DNA of 64,000 nucleotides from Candidatus Hydrothermarchaeum profundi (GTDB taxonomy: Archaea > Hydrothermarchaeota > Hydrothermarchaeia > Hydrothermarchaeales > Hydrothermarchaeaceae). Every line of letters begins with the position of its first letter. Within the stretch, counting starts at the first letter, position 1. The notes beneath the pieces were generated by a model that was not told where the DNA came from, searched no databases, and worked only from the letters and a program-made list of their open reading frames with translations. The stretch spans positions 224,001 through 288,000 of the forward strand of contig MTMF02000009.1 of the NCBI GenBank assembly GCA_002011125.2. Direction: 5' to 3'. This document shows positions 30,240 through 39,346 of the stretch, in pieces. A program made the translations under genes and the position numbers.

Positions 30240-31054
30240 AATTCAAAATGAAGTTACCAAGTAAAATAGAGCAGGAAATCATTGACAGTAGCACAAAATC
30301 TTCCACTGTACTAGAATGTAGAAATTTAAGTGTATTTTATGGTGATAAGCCCGCAATCAAAAATGTTAACATGAAGATTTTCAGGAACAAAGTCACTGCG
30401 ATTATAGGGCCAAGTGGATGCGGCAAATCTACTATTCTCAGATGTTTTAATAGAATGAACGATCTCATCAAAGGAGCTAAAGTTGAAGGAGAGGTATTAT
30501 TTGATGGGAAAAATATTTACAGTCAAGATATAGACCCAGTAGAGCTACGAAGAAGAATTGGTATGGTCTTCCAAGTGCCTAATCCATTTCCTAAAACGAT
30601 ATTTGACAACGTAGCATATGGCCCAAGAATCCATGGTGAAAAAAATAAAGAAAAGCTTAGAAGAATTGTCGAAGACAGCCTTAGAAAAGCTGCTTTATGG
30701 GATGAAGTAAAAGATCGTTTGAATACTAACGCCCTAGACCTTTCTGGGGGCCAGCAACAGAGACTCTGCATTGCCAGAGCCTTAGCGGTCCAGCCAGAGG
30801 TGATTCTTATGGACGAACCAGCATCCGCGCTGGACCCTATTGCAACTGCTAAAATCGAGGAGCTTATATTAAATCTAAAAAAAGAATATACTGTAGTAAT
30901 CGTTACTCACAACATGCAACAAGCTGCCAGAGTAGGCGACTATACAGCGTTCTTTCTGATGGGAGAGTTAATAGAATATGACGTAACTTCGAAGATATTC
31001 GAAAAACCCTCTGACAAACGCACAGAAGACTACATAACGGGGAGGTTTGGATAA
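30236..31054 (+). CDS. pstB: Phosphate ABC ATPase
   Basis: [28 protein letters not shown]. Confidence 0.95.
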   Translation: MKFKMKLPSKIEQEIIDSSTKSSTVLECRNLSVFYGDKPAIKNVNMKIFRNKVTAIIGPSGCGKSTILRCFNRMNDLIKGAKVEGEVLFDGKNIYSQDIDPVELRRRIGMVFQVPNPFPKTIFDNVAYGPRIHGEKNKEKLRRIVEDSLRKAALWDEVKDRLNTNALDLSGGQQQRLCIARALAVQPEVILMDEPASALDPIATAKIEELILNLKKEYTVVIVTHNMQQAARVGDYTAFFLMGELIEYDVTSKIFEKPSDKRTEDYITGRFG

Positions 31055-31767
31055 TGTTAATAGTGCATATGTCAGACTTACATTTCGGTCCAAAATTCAA
31101 TTCTACTGCGTTTGAACAAGCGGTAGATGAAATAAACTCTCTTGATCCAGACATGATAGTCATAACTGGTGACCTCTCTAATGAAGGATTGCTCCCAGAA
31201 TTTGAAATGGCTAAAGAAAAGCTTAGTGCCTTAGAATGTAAAAATATGATTATTTGTAGCGGTAATCATGATTACAGGAACACAGGATACTTACTTTTGA
31301 ATAAATTTTTCCCGCTCAGGCAAACATATGAAATAGGAGGAGTATCGATAATAGTACTGAAAACTGCGAGACCTGATAAGGATGAAGGAGAGGTCGGGTT
31401 TAGGCAGACCCAATGGATGCTCAAACAGATAAAAAAAGATAAACTTACTATTATCGCAATGCATCACCACCTAGTTCCGGTACCTGATACAGGACTAGAA
31501 AGACATACCGTTATAGACGCAGGCGACGTGCTTAAAGCTTTAAGAAAAGCTGAAATTTCTGCAGTCCTCTGCGGACATAAACACAGACCCTGGAAATGGG
31601 ATTTTGAAAACTTTTCAATAATCCATGCAGGTAGCTTAAGCGATTTTAAACTTAGAGGTTTCTTCCATAACTCTTACAATATAATTGAAATACAAGATAA
31701 CGAAATTGACGCAAAAGTAAAAATTATAGGTGGAAAGGATTTAAGCTTCGAGGAGCTGAGGAATTGA
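31054..31767 (+). CDS. Calcineurin-like metallophosphoesterase
   Basis: SDLH, TGD, GNHD, HH, GHKH. Confidence 0.9.
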   Translation: MLIVHMSDLHFGPKFNSTAFEQAVDEINSLDPDMIVITGDLSNEGLLPEFEMAKEKLSALECKNMIICSGNHDYRNTGYLLLNKFFPLRQTYEIGGVSIIVLKTARPDKDEGEVGFRQTQWMLKQIKKDKLTIIAMHHHLVPVPDTGLERHTVIDAGDVLKALRKAEISAVLCGHKHRPWKWDFENFSIIHAGSLSDFKLRGFFHNSYNIIEIQDNEIDAKVKIIGGKDLSFEELRN

Positions 31768-32156
31768 AGGTTCTCTTTGTGTGTATAGGCAACTCGGCAA
31801 GAAGTCAAATAGCAAAAGCTTTCTTTAACTTCTTTACAAAGAGCGAGATGGCTGATAGTGCTGGCACAGAGCCGGCTCAAAAGGTGAGTAAAAAAGCTGT
31901 AAAAGTAATGCAGGAAATTGGAATAGATATAAGTAAAGAAAAGCCTAAACCGCTAACACGAGAGATGGTATCTCGAGCTGTGAGGATTATAACTATGGGA
32001 TGTCTATCACAGGATTCCTGCCCAGCATTCCTTTACTCTTCAGAAAAAATAGATAATTGGGAGCTGCCAGATCCAAAGGGTAAGGATATAGACGAATTTC
32101 GAAGATTGCGTGATGAAATTAGCTACAGAGTTATAGAATTGATCAAGGAGGTCTAA
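31764..32156 (+). CDS. arsC: Arsenate reductase / LMW-PTP family protein
   Basis: VCIGNSARSQ, SAGT, TMGC....CP, W..PDP. Confidence 0.85.
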   Translation: MKVLFVCIGNSARSQIAKAFFNFFTKSEMADSAGTEPAQKVSKKAVKVMQEIGIDISKEKPKPLTREMVSRAVRIITMGCLSQDSCPAFLYSSEKIDNWELPDPKGKDIDEFRRLRDEISYRVIELIKEV

Positions 32157-32159
32157 AAT

Positions 32160-32813
32160 TTGGTTAGGACACCCTTAGAAAAAGGCATGGACAAAATTGA
32201 GAGAGAAATATTGGAGATCGCGGAGATCGCAAAAAAAGCGGTTCTTTTGAGCGTAGAGTCTCTAAAAGAGCGTAATATTGAAAAGGCAAAAGAGGTTGCA
32301 GATCTTGAAGAGAAAAGTGATATTTTAAATCTTGATATAGACAATGACTGCCTGAAACTACTCGCACTTCAACAGCCAGTAGCGAAAGATCTGAGATTCG
32401 TGCACACAATGTTGAAAATAAGCGATAATTTTGAGCGTATTGCTGATCTTGCTCTTAAAATAGCCGAGATAACTCCAAAATACGAGAAAAAGCCTCTTCT
32501 TAAGCCATTAATAGATATACCCCGTATGGCTGAAACTATATCACAAATGATAGATACCGATATTACTGCAATTAAAACTAAAGTGCCCCCAGATACCGAT
32601 AAGCTGATTAGTGAGGATGATTTCCTTGACGATCTTTATAGTCAGATATATAATGAATTGTTATCCTTCATGCTACGAGATCCTCGCAATATTGACGATG
32701 CTACTGACCTTATATTTGTGGCAAGATATTTAGAGCGGATAGGAGACATCGCCGCTAAAACAGGCGCGAGGATCTATTATATGATAACTGGAGAACGGGT
32801 CTGGGTCAAATAA
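32160..32813 (+). CDS. phoU: Phosphate signalling protein
   Basis: QQPVAKDLR, ERIAD, ERIGD. Confidence 0.93.
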   Translation: MVRTPLEKGMDKIEREILEIAEIAKKAVLLSVESLKERNIEKAKEVADLEEKSDILNLDIDNDCLKLLALQQPVAKDLRFVHTMLKISDNFERIADLALKIAEITPKYEKKPLLKPLIDIPRMAETISQMIDTDITAIKTKVPPDTDKLISEDDFLDDLYSQIYNELLSFMLRDPRNIDDATDLIFVARYLERIGDIAAKTGARIYYMITGERVWVK

Positions 32814-32814
32814 G

Positions 32815-33576
32815 CTATTTACCTAGTAATATTCTTCTTGGATGAGTATAAATATTCATCCTTCTACCACGTACAAACCCCACTAGAGTAAGGTCTGCTT
32901 TCTCTGCGCATTCAATACCTGATAATATAGGAGCAGTCCTACTACATACTATAGGAATATTGACTCTTGCCATCTTGATCACCATATCTCCTGGAAGTCT
33001 TCCAGAGCATAGAGCATAAGATTGCGAAAAGTCTACCCCTTTCAAAGCACCCATACCAATAATCTTATCGATAGCTATATGCCTGCTTATATCTTCCACT
33101 ATCAAAAAATCATTACCATTAATAAGAGCCGCTGCATGCAGTGCTCCTGTGATCCTCCAGTTTTTTGCCCTCCTTTGTAGCTCTTTCATGCTATTAATTA
33201 TCTCGCTAAATCCAACACTATAATCAGAAGAGACTTTGATGTCCTCAACTTCAACCCTCACTCTCCACCCGCTAATACAATCCGTAGAGAGATATTGTTC
33301 ATAAGATTTTTCGAATTCTTTTTTAGCTTCTACATAAGCGCAATTTTGCTCGATTCTCACATCTTTAATATCATTTATACCCCTAACTAGACCTTCACCT
33401 ATAAGATAACCAATCGCAAACTCCTTTTCAAACCCTGGAGAAAGCTTCGCCGTAGCAACAGGGATATCATTTACAAGTATCCTTAGCTCCCTCTCTTCCG
33501 CCACATATTCTTCGATTTTTTCACCATTTCTAAATGCAATTATTTTACGAATCATTTTTAAAACTCGCAAATTCAC
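32815..33576 (-). CDS. fdhD: Formate dehydrogenase sulfurtransferase
   Basis: TGALHAA, EDISRHIAIDK, SGR, LVGFVR. Confidence 0.88.
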   Translation of the reverse strand: MNLRVLKMIRKIIAFRNGEKIEEYVAEERELRILVNDIPVATAKLSPGFEKEFAIGYLIGEGLVRGINDIKDVRIEQNCAYVEAKKEFEKSYEQYLSTDCISGWRVRVEVEDIKVSSDYSVGFSEIINSMKELQRRAKNWRITGALHAAALINGNDFLIVEDISRHIAIDKIIGMGALKGVDFSQSYALCSGRLPGDMVIKMARVNIPIVCSRTAPILSGIECAEKADLTLVGFVRGRRMNIYTHPRRILLGK

Positions 33577-33581
33577 TTTAA

Positions 33582-33950
33582 TTAATCTTCAATTTCAACT
33601 CGTATCTTTTTCAACTTTAATTCTTTACCTTCCAATATTTCAACTAATCCTTCACCACACTTAGGGCAAGTAACTTGTATCGCGTGAGGTTCATTATTAA
33701 TTTCTCCTCTTCCAGTATAACCGCAGTTAATACATCTTATTCGGCCTCGTATTATACTTACCTTCAATGCTACATTGCCCATGATAGTATCTTTTGCGAC
33801 AATTTCAAAAGCATCTTTTAACTCTTTTTCCGAGACATAGTAGAATTCTCCTAGCTCGACTTCTAATTCTTTAACCTCTTTTACTCTATGCCCTTCTAGC
33901 GACTTTTTTACATTTTCAATTATATTTAGTGCTAGTCCAATCCCGTGCAA
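33582..33950 (-). CDS. hypA: Hydrogenase nickel chaperone
   Basis: TTG start gives MHGIG...; CINC and CPKC zinc site; lies after hypD. Confidence 0.85.
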   Translation of the reverse strand: MHGIGLALNIIENVKKSLEGHRVKEVKELEVELGEFYYVSEKELKDAFEIVAKDTIMGNVALKVSIIRGRIRCINCGYTGRGEINNEPHAIQVTCPKCGEGLVEILEGKELKLKKIRVEIED

Positions 33951-33954
33951 GAGA

Positions 33955-35022
33955 TTAGCCCCCATATCGATAAGCTATATAACAGGTGCCTTCGATAGAT
34001 ACCATGCAGGGCCCTCTAGGTCTACTTGGGGTACAAGCTTTTCCAAAGAGCTTGCAATCTTTTGGATAAAGCCTCCCTATGATTACCAAGTGACAACTGC
34101 ATTGAGGGTCTAGGTCCATTATATCCCCAATCTCAATCTCGTATTTTTCTCTAGCATCATACCTACGGAAATTTTCATTCAATTCCAGTGCAGAGAAGGG
34201 TATTCTCCCAATACCCCTCCACTCACCGCTAACAACTCTATATACTTTATCAAGGAGCGCCCTCGCCTTAGGGTTCCCTTCTTTCCTAACACTGCGGGAA
34301 TAAACATTATCCACTCTATAGTCCTTTTCACGGATTTGCTTAAGCAACATAACAATACCCATTAGTACATCAATAGGCTCAAATCCCGCTATAACAGTAG
34401 GCATCTGATAAGCCCTTGGAAGAATCTCATAAGGCTCTGTACCTATAATGGTAGAGACATGCCCGGGGGCTATGAATCCATCAAGTCTATGCTCTCCAAC
34501 ACCAACCATAAGCTCCATGGCTGGCGGAATAAGCCTATGTGATACTAATAGACTAAAATTTTCCGGCGGGTTAGATACAACCGTAGCTGCTGTAGTAGGT
34601 GAAGTAGTTTCAAAGCCCGTTGCAAAGAAGACTATATCTTTCGAAGGATTTTCAGCTGCCATCCTTAATGCATCTATAGGACCATAAACTACCCTGACCT
34701 CTGCACCTTTAGCCTTAGCCTCAGCCAAAGATGAGTTGCCACCAGGTACTCTAATAACATCGCCAAAAGAGCATACCACCACGCCCTGCTCAGCTAAATA
34801 AATCGCCTCCTCTATATCCCTAGCCGGTGTAATGCATACCGGGCATCCAGGGCCTGCTATCACTTCTATATTTTCGGGCAATAGTGAACGAAGCCCATAC
34901 CTAGTTATCGTATACTCATGGGTACCACACACATGACAAAATTTAAACTTGTCTTTTCCTGCAAGTGCTTTTATTTTTTCAACTGCTTTGCTCACAAGCT
35001 TAGGGTCTCTTAAATCTTCCAT
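33955..35022 (-). CDS. hypD: Hydrogenase maturation protein
   Basis: VCGTH, GPGCPVC, GFETT, PGHVS, GPCMVS.EG.C. Confidence 0.96.
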   Translation of the reverse strand: MEDLRDPKLVSKAVEKIKALAGKDKFKFCHVCGTHEYTITRYGLRSLLPENIEVIAGPGCPVCITPARDIEEAIYLAEQGVVVCSFGDVIRVPGGNSSLAEAKAKGAEVRVVYGPIDALRMAAENPSKDIVFFATGFETTSPTTAATVVSNPPENFSLLVSHRLIPPAMELMVGVGEHRLDGFIAPGHVSTIIGTEPYEILPRAYQMPTVIAGFEPIDVLMGIVMLLKQIREKDYRVDNVYSRSVRKEGNPKARALLDKVYRVVSGEWRGIGRIPFSALELNENFRRYDAREKYEIEIGDIMDLDPQCSCHLVIIGRLYPKDCKLFGKACTPSRPRGPCMVSIEGTCYIAYRYGG

Positions 35023-35243
35023 TCTTCATCTCCACCCAAGAGCATCTTCCATATTCTAAGAGACTCCTTAGCCTCTTCCACGCTCAACTTCTGTATCGCA
35101 AAACCCACATGTACCAGCACGAAATCTCCTACCTTAACATCTTCTAATAGACTAATATCCACCTTTCTTCTTACTCCTCCATAATCAACAAGAGCTTCAT
35201 GGCCTTTTATCTCAACGATTTCCCCAGGTACCGCCAAGCACAT
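35010..35243 (-). CDS. hypC: Hydrogenase maturation chaperone
   Basis: MCLAVP...VLVHVGFA. Confidence 0.96.
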   Translation of the reverse strand: MCLAVPGEIVEIKGHEALVDYGGVRRKVDISLLEDVKVGDFVLVHVGFAIQKLSVEEAKESLRIWKMLLGGDEEWKI

Positions 35244-35450
35244 TTTTAATCCTCAATTGGTTTTACAAATCTTTACCTTTAATATTTTGGGGGACTTCCA
35301 CCAAAGCCCATGATAAAATAAAGTTCGACTTATCTTGCCATCCAGGCTTTTATTATTAATGCCGTCGAATTAATCGCTTAAAAATTAAAGCGAAAATTAT
35401 ATATTTTCAAAAAAAATAATAGTAGAGGGAAGTAAAGAGGAGGTGATATT

Positions 35451-36482
35451 ATTTCTGAGCTGACAAGAAGAAATTTTCTTAAACTATTAGGAACTTTAGG
35501 TGCTGCTACATTTGTTCAAACTTACAGGAACGAACTTATCGATGTATTTGCTGAAGCTGCAGATAAAGGAGTAAAACTGGTATGGATCCAAGGCCAAGGA
35601 GATACAGCGTGTTCTATATCCCTGTTGCAAGGCGTACATCCAGACTTATATGATGCGGTACAAATACTAAACGTGATCCCTGCCTTCCATAACACAATAA
35701 TGCCGCCCTTTGGAGAAGAGGCGATGGAAATACTCGGATCAGTTGTCCCCGACATACTCGTGTTAGAAGGAGCGATTCCAAGCGACTCCATGAAAGGGGC
35801 ATGTATTATAGGCGAGCGAGATGGAAAACCGGTATATTTAAACGACGAACTACGTAGGCTCTCCGACCTTAATCCTAATGCAGCCCATGTTGCAGTAGGG
35901 TCATGCGCTACTCACGGAGGTATTCCTGGGGCACGAGGCAACCCAACTGGAGCTATGGGACTCAAAGATTTATTAAAGGATAGAACTATTGTGAATCTAC
36001 CTGGATGCCCTCCACAAGGCGAACATATTTTACTAACTGCCGCAGCTGTAATCCTTGGACTGCCATTAAAATTGGATTCCCAAGGTAGGCCTCTTGCATT
36101 TTATGGAAGTTTACTTCATGACGAATGCCCAAGGAGAGGTTATTATGACAGCGGCAAGTTTGCGAAAAACTTTAGCGACCCTGAATGCCTTTATAAGCTG
36201 GGGTGTAGGGGTCCTGTAACTTTCGCTGACTGTGCTACTAGGAAATGGAACGGTGGCGTAAACTTCTGTATGCAAGCTGGAGCACCCTGTATAGGATGCT
36301 TTGATCTGAGATTCCCAGATGTCATGAGTCCATTTTATGTAAGCCAGGACACCTTAGAGCTTGATGCAACCAAGAAATTCTTCGACGTATTAATTGCGGG
36401 CACTATGGCTACTGCCGCAGGATATGTCGCGCTTGACGCCTTGGGCAGAAGAAAGAAGAAAGATGAGGAGGAGGAAAAGTGA
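35451..36482 (+). CDS. Tat-exported group 1 [NiFe]-hydrogenase small subunit (probable ATT start)
   Basis: The frame is open 58 codons upstream of the tracked ORF and gives (M)SELTRRNFLK (Tat motif) and WIQGQGDTACS. Also GSCA, PGCPP, HDECPR, CLYKLGC, PCIGC and a C-terminal TM helix. Confidence 0.9.
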   Translation: MSELTRRNFLKLLGTLGAATFVQTYRNELIDVFAEAADKGVKLVWIQGQGDTACSISLLQGVHPDLYDAVQILNVIPAFHNTIMPPFGEEAMEILGSVVPDILVLEGAIPSDSMKGACIIGERDGKPVYLNDELRRLSDLNPNAAHVAVGSCATHGGIPGARGNPTGAMGLKDLLKDRTIVNLPGCPPQGEHILLTAAAVILGLPLKLDSQGRPLAFYGSLLHDECPRRGYYDSGKFAKNFSDPECLYKLGCRGPVTFADCATRKWNGGVNFCMQAGAPCIGCFDLRFPDVMSPFYVSQDTLELDATKKFFDVLIAGTMATAAGYVALDALGRRKKKDEEEEK

Positions 36483-37132
36483 GAGAATATAAAAGGTTCA
36501 CAGGTAACCAAAGGTGGCAACATATTATCCTCCTCACAACATTTACTCTCCTTGTAATCACAGGTCTCCCAATGAAATATAGATGGGAGTGGGGGCAGGC
36601 CATATTAAAATCAGTAGGATACGTGACTATAAAGTCCATCCATAAATGGGCGGCAATCGGTATGACTTCCGTAGGGGTCTACCATGTTATATGGTATGTC
36701 TTTATTGATAGAGGAAAGAAAAAGATTATTCCTACTACAAAAGATATAACTGATTTCGGGAGATTCATAAAATTCAAATTAGGAATCTCAGAAGAATATC
36801 CTAAATTCGATAGATTTAACTTTGTTCAAAAGTTTGACTACTGGGGCGCCTTTTGGGGAATGGCTATCATGATCATCACTGGCATTGTAATGTGGAAACC
36901 CGATTTGTTCCCCTTCCTTTCCATTACTGTGAGAGAAAGTCTTAGAATCGCACACAGCGAAGAAGCCGTGTTAGCGGCAGTCTTTGTCTTCACTATACAT
37001 ATATATACATCCCACTTAAGGAGAGAAGTGTTTCCATTTGACAAAGTATTTTTGACCGGCAAACTACCCGAGGAGAGAATGAAGGAGGAACATCCTCTGG
37101 AATATGAGGAGTTGACGAAAAAGGAGGTGTAA
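36479..37132 (+). CDS. Hydrogenase cytochrome b membrane subunit
   Basis: Four TM helices with His ligands (QH, IH, AH, IH), RFNFVQK. Confidence 0.85.
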   Translation: MREYKRFTGNQRWQHIILLTTFTLLVITGLPMKYRWEWGQAILKSVGYVTIKSIHKWAAIGMTSVGVYHVIWYVFIDRGKKKIIPTTKDITDFGRFIKFKLGISEEYPKFDRFNFVQKFDYWGAFWGMAIMIITGIVMWKPDLFPFLSITVRESLRIAHSEEAVLAAVFVFTIHIYTSHLRREVFPFDKVFLTGKLPEERMKEEHPLEYEELTKKEV

Positions 37133-37135
37133 CCA

Positions 37136-38638
37136 TTGGTTGAAATCGTAATAGATCCTGTTAATAGAATAGAAGGCCATCTTGGCGTAACTGTGAATAT
37201 AGAAAACAACCAAGTCACAGATGCAAAAACTCACGCCAATATGTTCAGAGGGTTCGAACTAATTGTTAGAGGCAGAGACCCGAGAGATGCTCCTGTATTA
37301 TTACAGAGGATATGCGGTGTTTGCCACACTGAGCATAGAATATGCAGCTTGAGAGCGATTGAGAACGCTGCAGGTGTAACGGTGCCAGATGGTGCCAGAA
37401 AAATAAGAAACATTATAGAAGTAGTAACCACTTTGTATTCCCATGCTATCTGGTTCTATGCTCTCGCTGGACCTGACTTCAGTAAATCCTTTGCTGGTAC
37501 AAATCTAGAGAGAATAAACTTCCTAACAGGGGCGGGTTATAAAGAAGCCGTAAGGATGCAGAGGACTCTTCACGAAGTTCTAGCGATTTTTGGCGCTAAA
37601 GTTCCCCACCATATGACCACGGTGCCCGGAGGAGTTACAGTTAAGCCTTCTGCTGACAATATAGGACGGGCCCTTACTAGACTAGTTGAAGTTTCAAATT
37701 GGATAGGAGCTACCGAGAACGTGCCTGCTGTGATTGACAATGTAGTTGACGGAAAATTCGATCCATCTCTTGGAAGCGCCTTGCATGATATAGTGGGTAT
37801 GGTATTAGTAGCAAAAGAGATAGGAGCAGACAAATGGGGCCAGGGTCCGAATAAATTCATATCCTATGGTGTATATGATATGGCAGACGGTTCCTCCTTC
37901 GAGCCAGCAGGATTCTTTGATGGAAAGAAGGCCCATCCTTTAGACGAAAAGAAGATAACAGAAGACGTTAAACATTCCTGGTATACTGACGATAGCGGGG
38001 GAATGTATGTAGGAGATGCGCCGCCTCTAAAACCTGCTTTAGATAAGAGTGGCGCCTATTCCTGGGCAAAATCCCCAAGATATGAAGGCCATGCTGCAGA
38101 GGCAGGTCCTCTTGCGAGGATGGTAATGATGAATGAGATTAAAGGTTCTGCGTTAGGGGATCCTTTTGATCTCAGGAAGAAGCTCGCAGGAGGCGCAACT
38201 GTCGCTAATACTCTTGCGAGGATAATTGCTAGAGCTCAAGAAACCCTAATCTTGCGTGACGCTTTAGTAGAATGGATGGGTGAGCTGGTTCCTGGTGAAA
38301 AGGTCTCAGTACCATATAAAGTACCGGATAACGCCTTCGGCGTAGGACTATGGGAAGCTCCTAGAGGAGCACTCGGACATTGGGTTAGCATAAAAGATGG
38401 TAAAATAGACAGATACCAAGTTATTACCCCTACTGCTTGGAATGTTAGCCCCAGAGACGACAAGGGTCAGATGGGGCCTATTGAGCAAGCTTTAATAGGG
38501 GTACCTGAAACTGATTTTAAGAAGCCTTTAAATGTTGTAAGAACGATCCGATCATTCGATCCCTGCTTGGCATGCACTGTTCACGTGGCAACGCCTAGTG
38601 GCAAAAGATATCAGTTAGAGGTTGGTCCAGTGCGCTAA
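37136..38638 (+). CDS. Group 1 [NiFe]-hydrogenase large subunit
   Basis: DPVNRIEGH, RGFE, RICGVC (L1), SFDPCLACTVH (L2) with a cleavable tail. Confidence 0.95.
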   Translation: MVEIVIDPVNRIEGHLGVTVNIENNQVTDAKTHANMFRGFELIVRGRDPRDAPVLLQRICGVCHTEHRICSLRAIENAAGVTVPDGARKIRNIIEVVTTLYSHAIWFYALAGPDFSKSFAGTNLERINFLTGAGYKEAVRMQRTLHEVLAIFGAKVPHHMTTVPGGVTVKPSADNIGRALTRLVEVSNWIGATENVPAVIDNVVDGKFDPSLGSALHDIVGMVLVAKEIGADKWGQGPNKFISYGVYDMADGSSFEPAGFFDGKKAHPLDEKKITEDVKHSWYTDDSGGMYVGDAPPLKPALDKSGAYSWAKSPRYEGHAAEAGPLARMVMMNEIKGSALGDPFDLRKKLAGGATVANTLARIIARAQETLILRDALVEWMGELVPGEKVSVPYKVPDNAFGVGLWEAPRGALGHWVSIKDGKIDRYQVITPTAWNVSPRDDKGQMGPIEQALIGVPETDFKKPLNVVRTIRSFDPCLACTVHVATPSGKRYQLEVGPVR

Positions 38639-38686
38639 CCTCATGTTTTCTTCTTTTTTTAGAAAATATTAAGTCTACATGGTAAT

Positions 38687-39139
38687 ATGAGAATTGCTAT
38701 AATAGGTGTTGGGAATCTTCTGATGAAAGATGACGGCATTGGAATTCATATTGTGAAGGACCTAGAAAAAATGGATCTACCGCCGAATGTAGAGGTCTAT
38801 GACGCGGATACAAATGCTTTCGCAGTATTGGAGTTTATGAATGGAAAAGATAAAGCAGTGATTATCGATGCATATATGGGTGATGGAGAACCGGGCAGTC
38901 TCTACAAGCTTTCATTTAATCCAAGATGTGAAGAGCCTCCAGAAAACTTCAATCTCAGCCTCCATGACTTTACATTTGCAGATGCCATTAGAAGTGGAGA
39001 AGGCATATATGAACTTCCTAGAGAAATAATAATAATAGGTGTCGAGCCTAAAGAAATAAATCTAGGATTAGAGCTATCTCACGAACTTGAGAGAATTAAA
39101 TCCAAAGTCATAGAAGAAGTTATGAGAGAGCTAGAATAA
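38687..39139 (+). CDS. Hydrogenase maturation protease
   Basis: GVGNLLMKDDGIG, IIDA, SLHD. Confidence 0.93.
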   Translation: MRIAIIGVGNLLMKDDGIGIHIVKDLEKMDLPPNVEVYDADTNAFAVLEFMNGKDKAVIIDAYMGDGEPGSLYKLSFNPRCEEPPENFNLSLHDFTFADAIRSGEGIYELPREIIIIGVEPKEINLGLELSHELERIKSKVIEEVMRELE

Positions 39140-39346
39140 CTTTGAAGCTTTGACTACTTACTTTATTATTTAAGGTATTTTTTAGATTTTTTGTGATCTA
39201 GGGATATATGAATCCCTTACAAATAAAAACTACCAAAGTCGTTTCCTAGATTCTAAAAATGGTTGTGCAGAGTAGGACACAACTTAACAAATTATAAATA
39301 ACATAGCTTACTAATTTATTTTACCAAAAATGGAGGAGGTAGAGTA

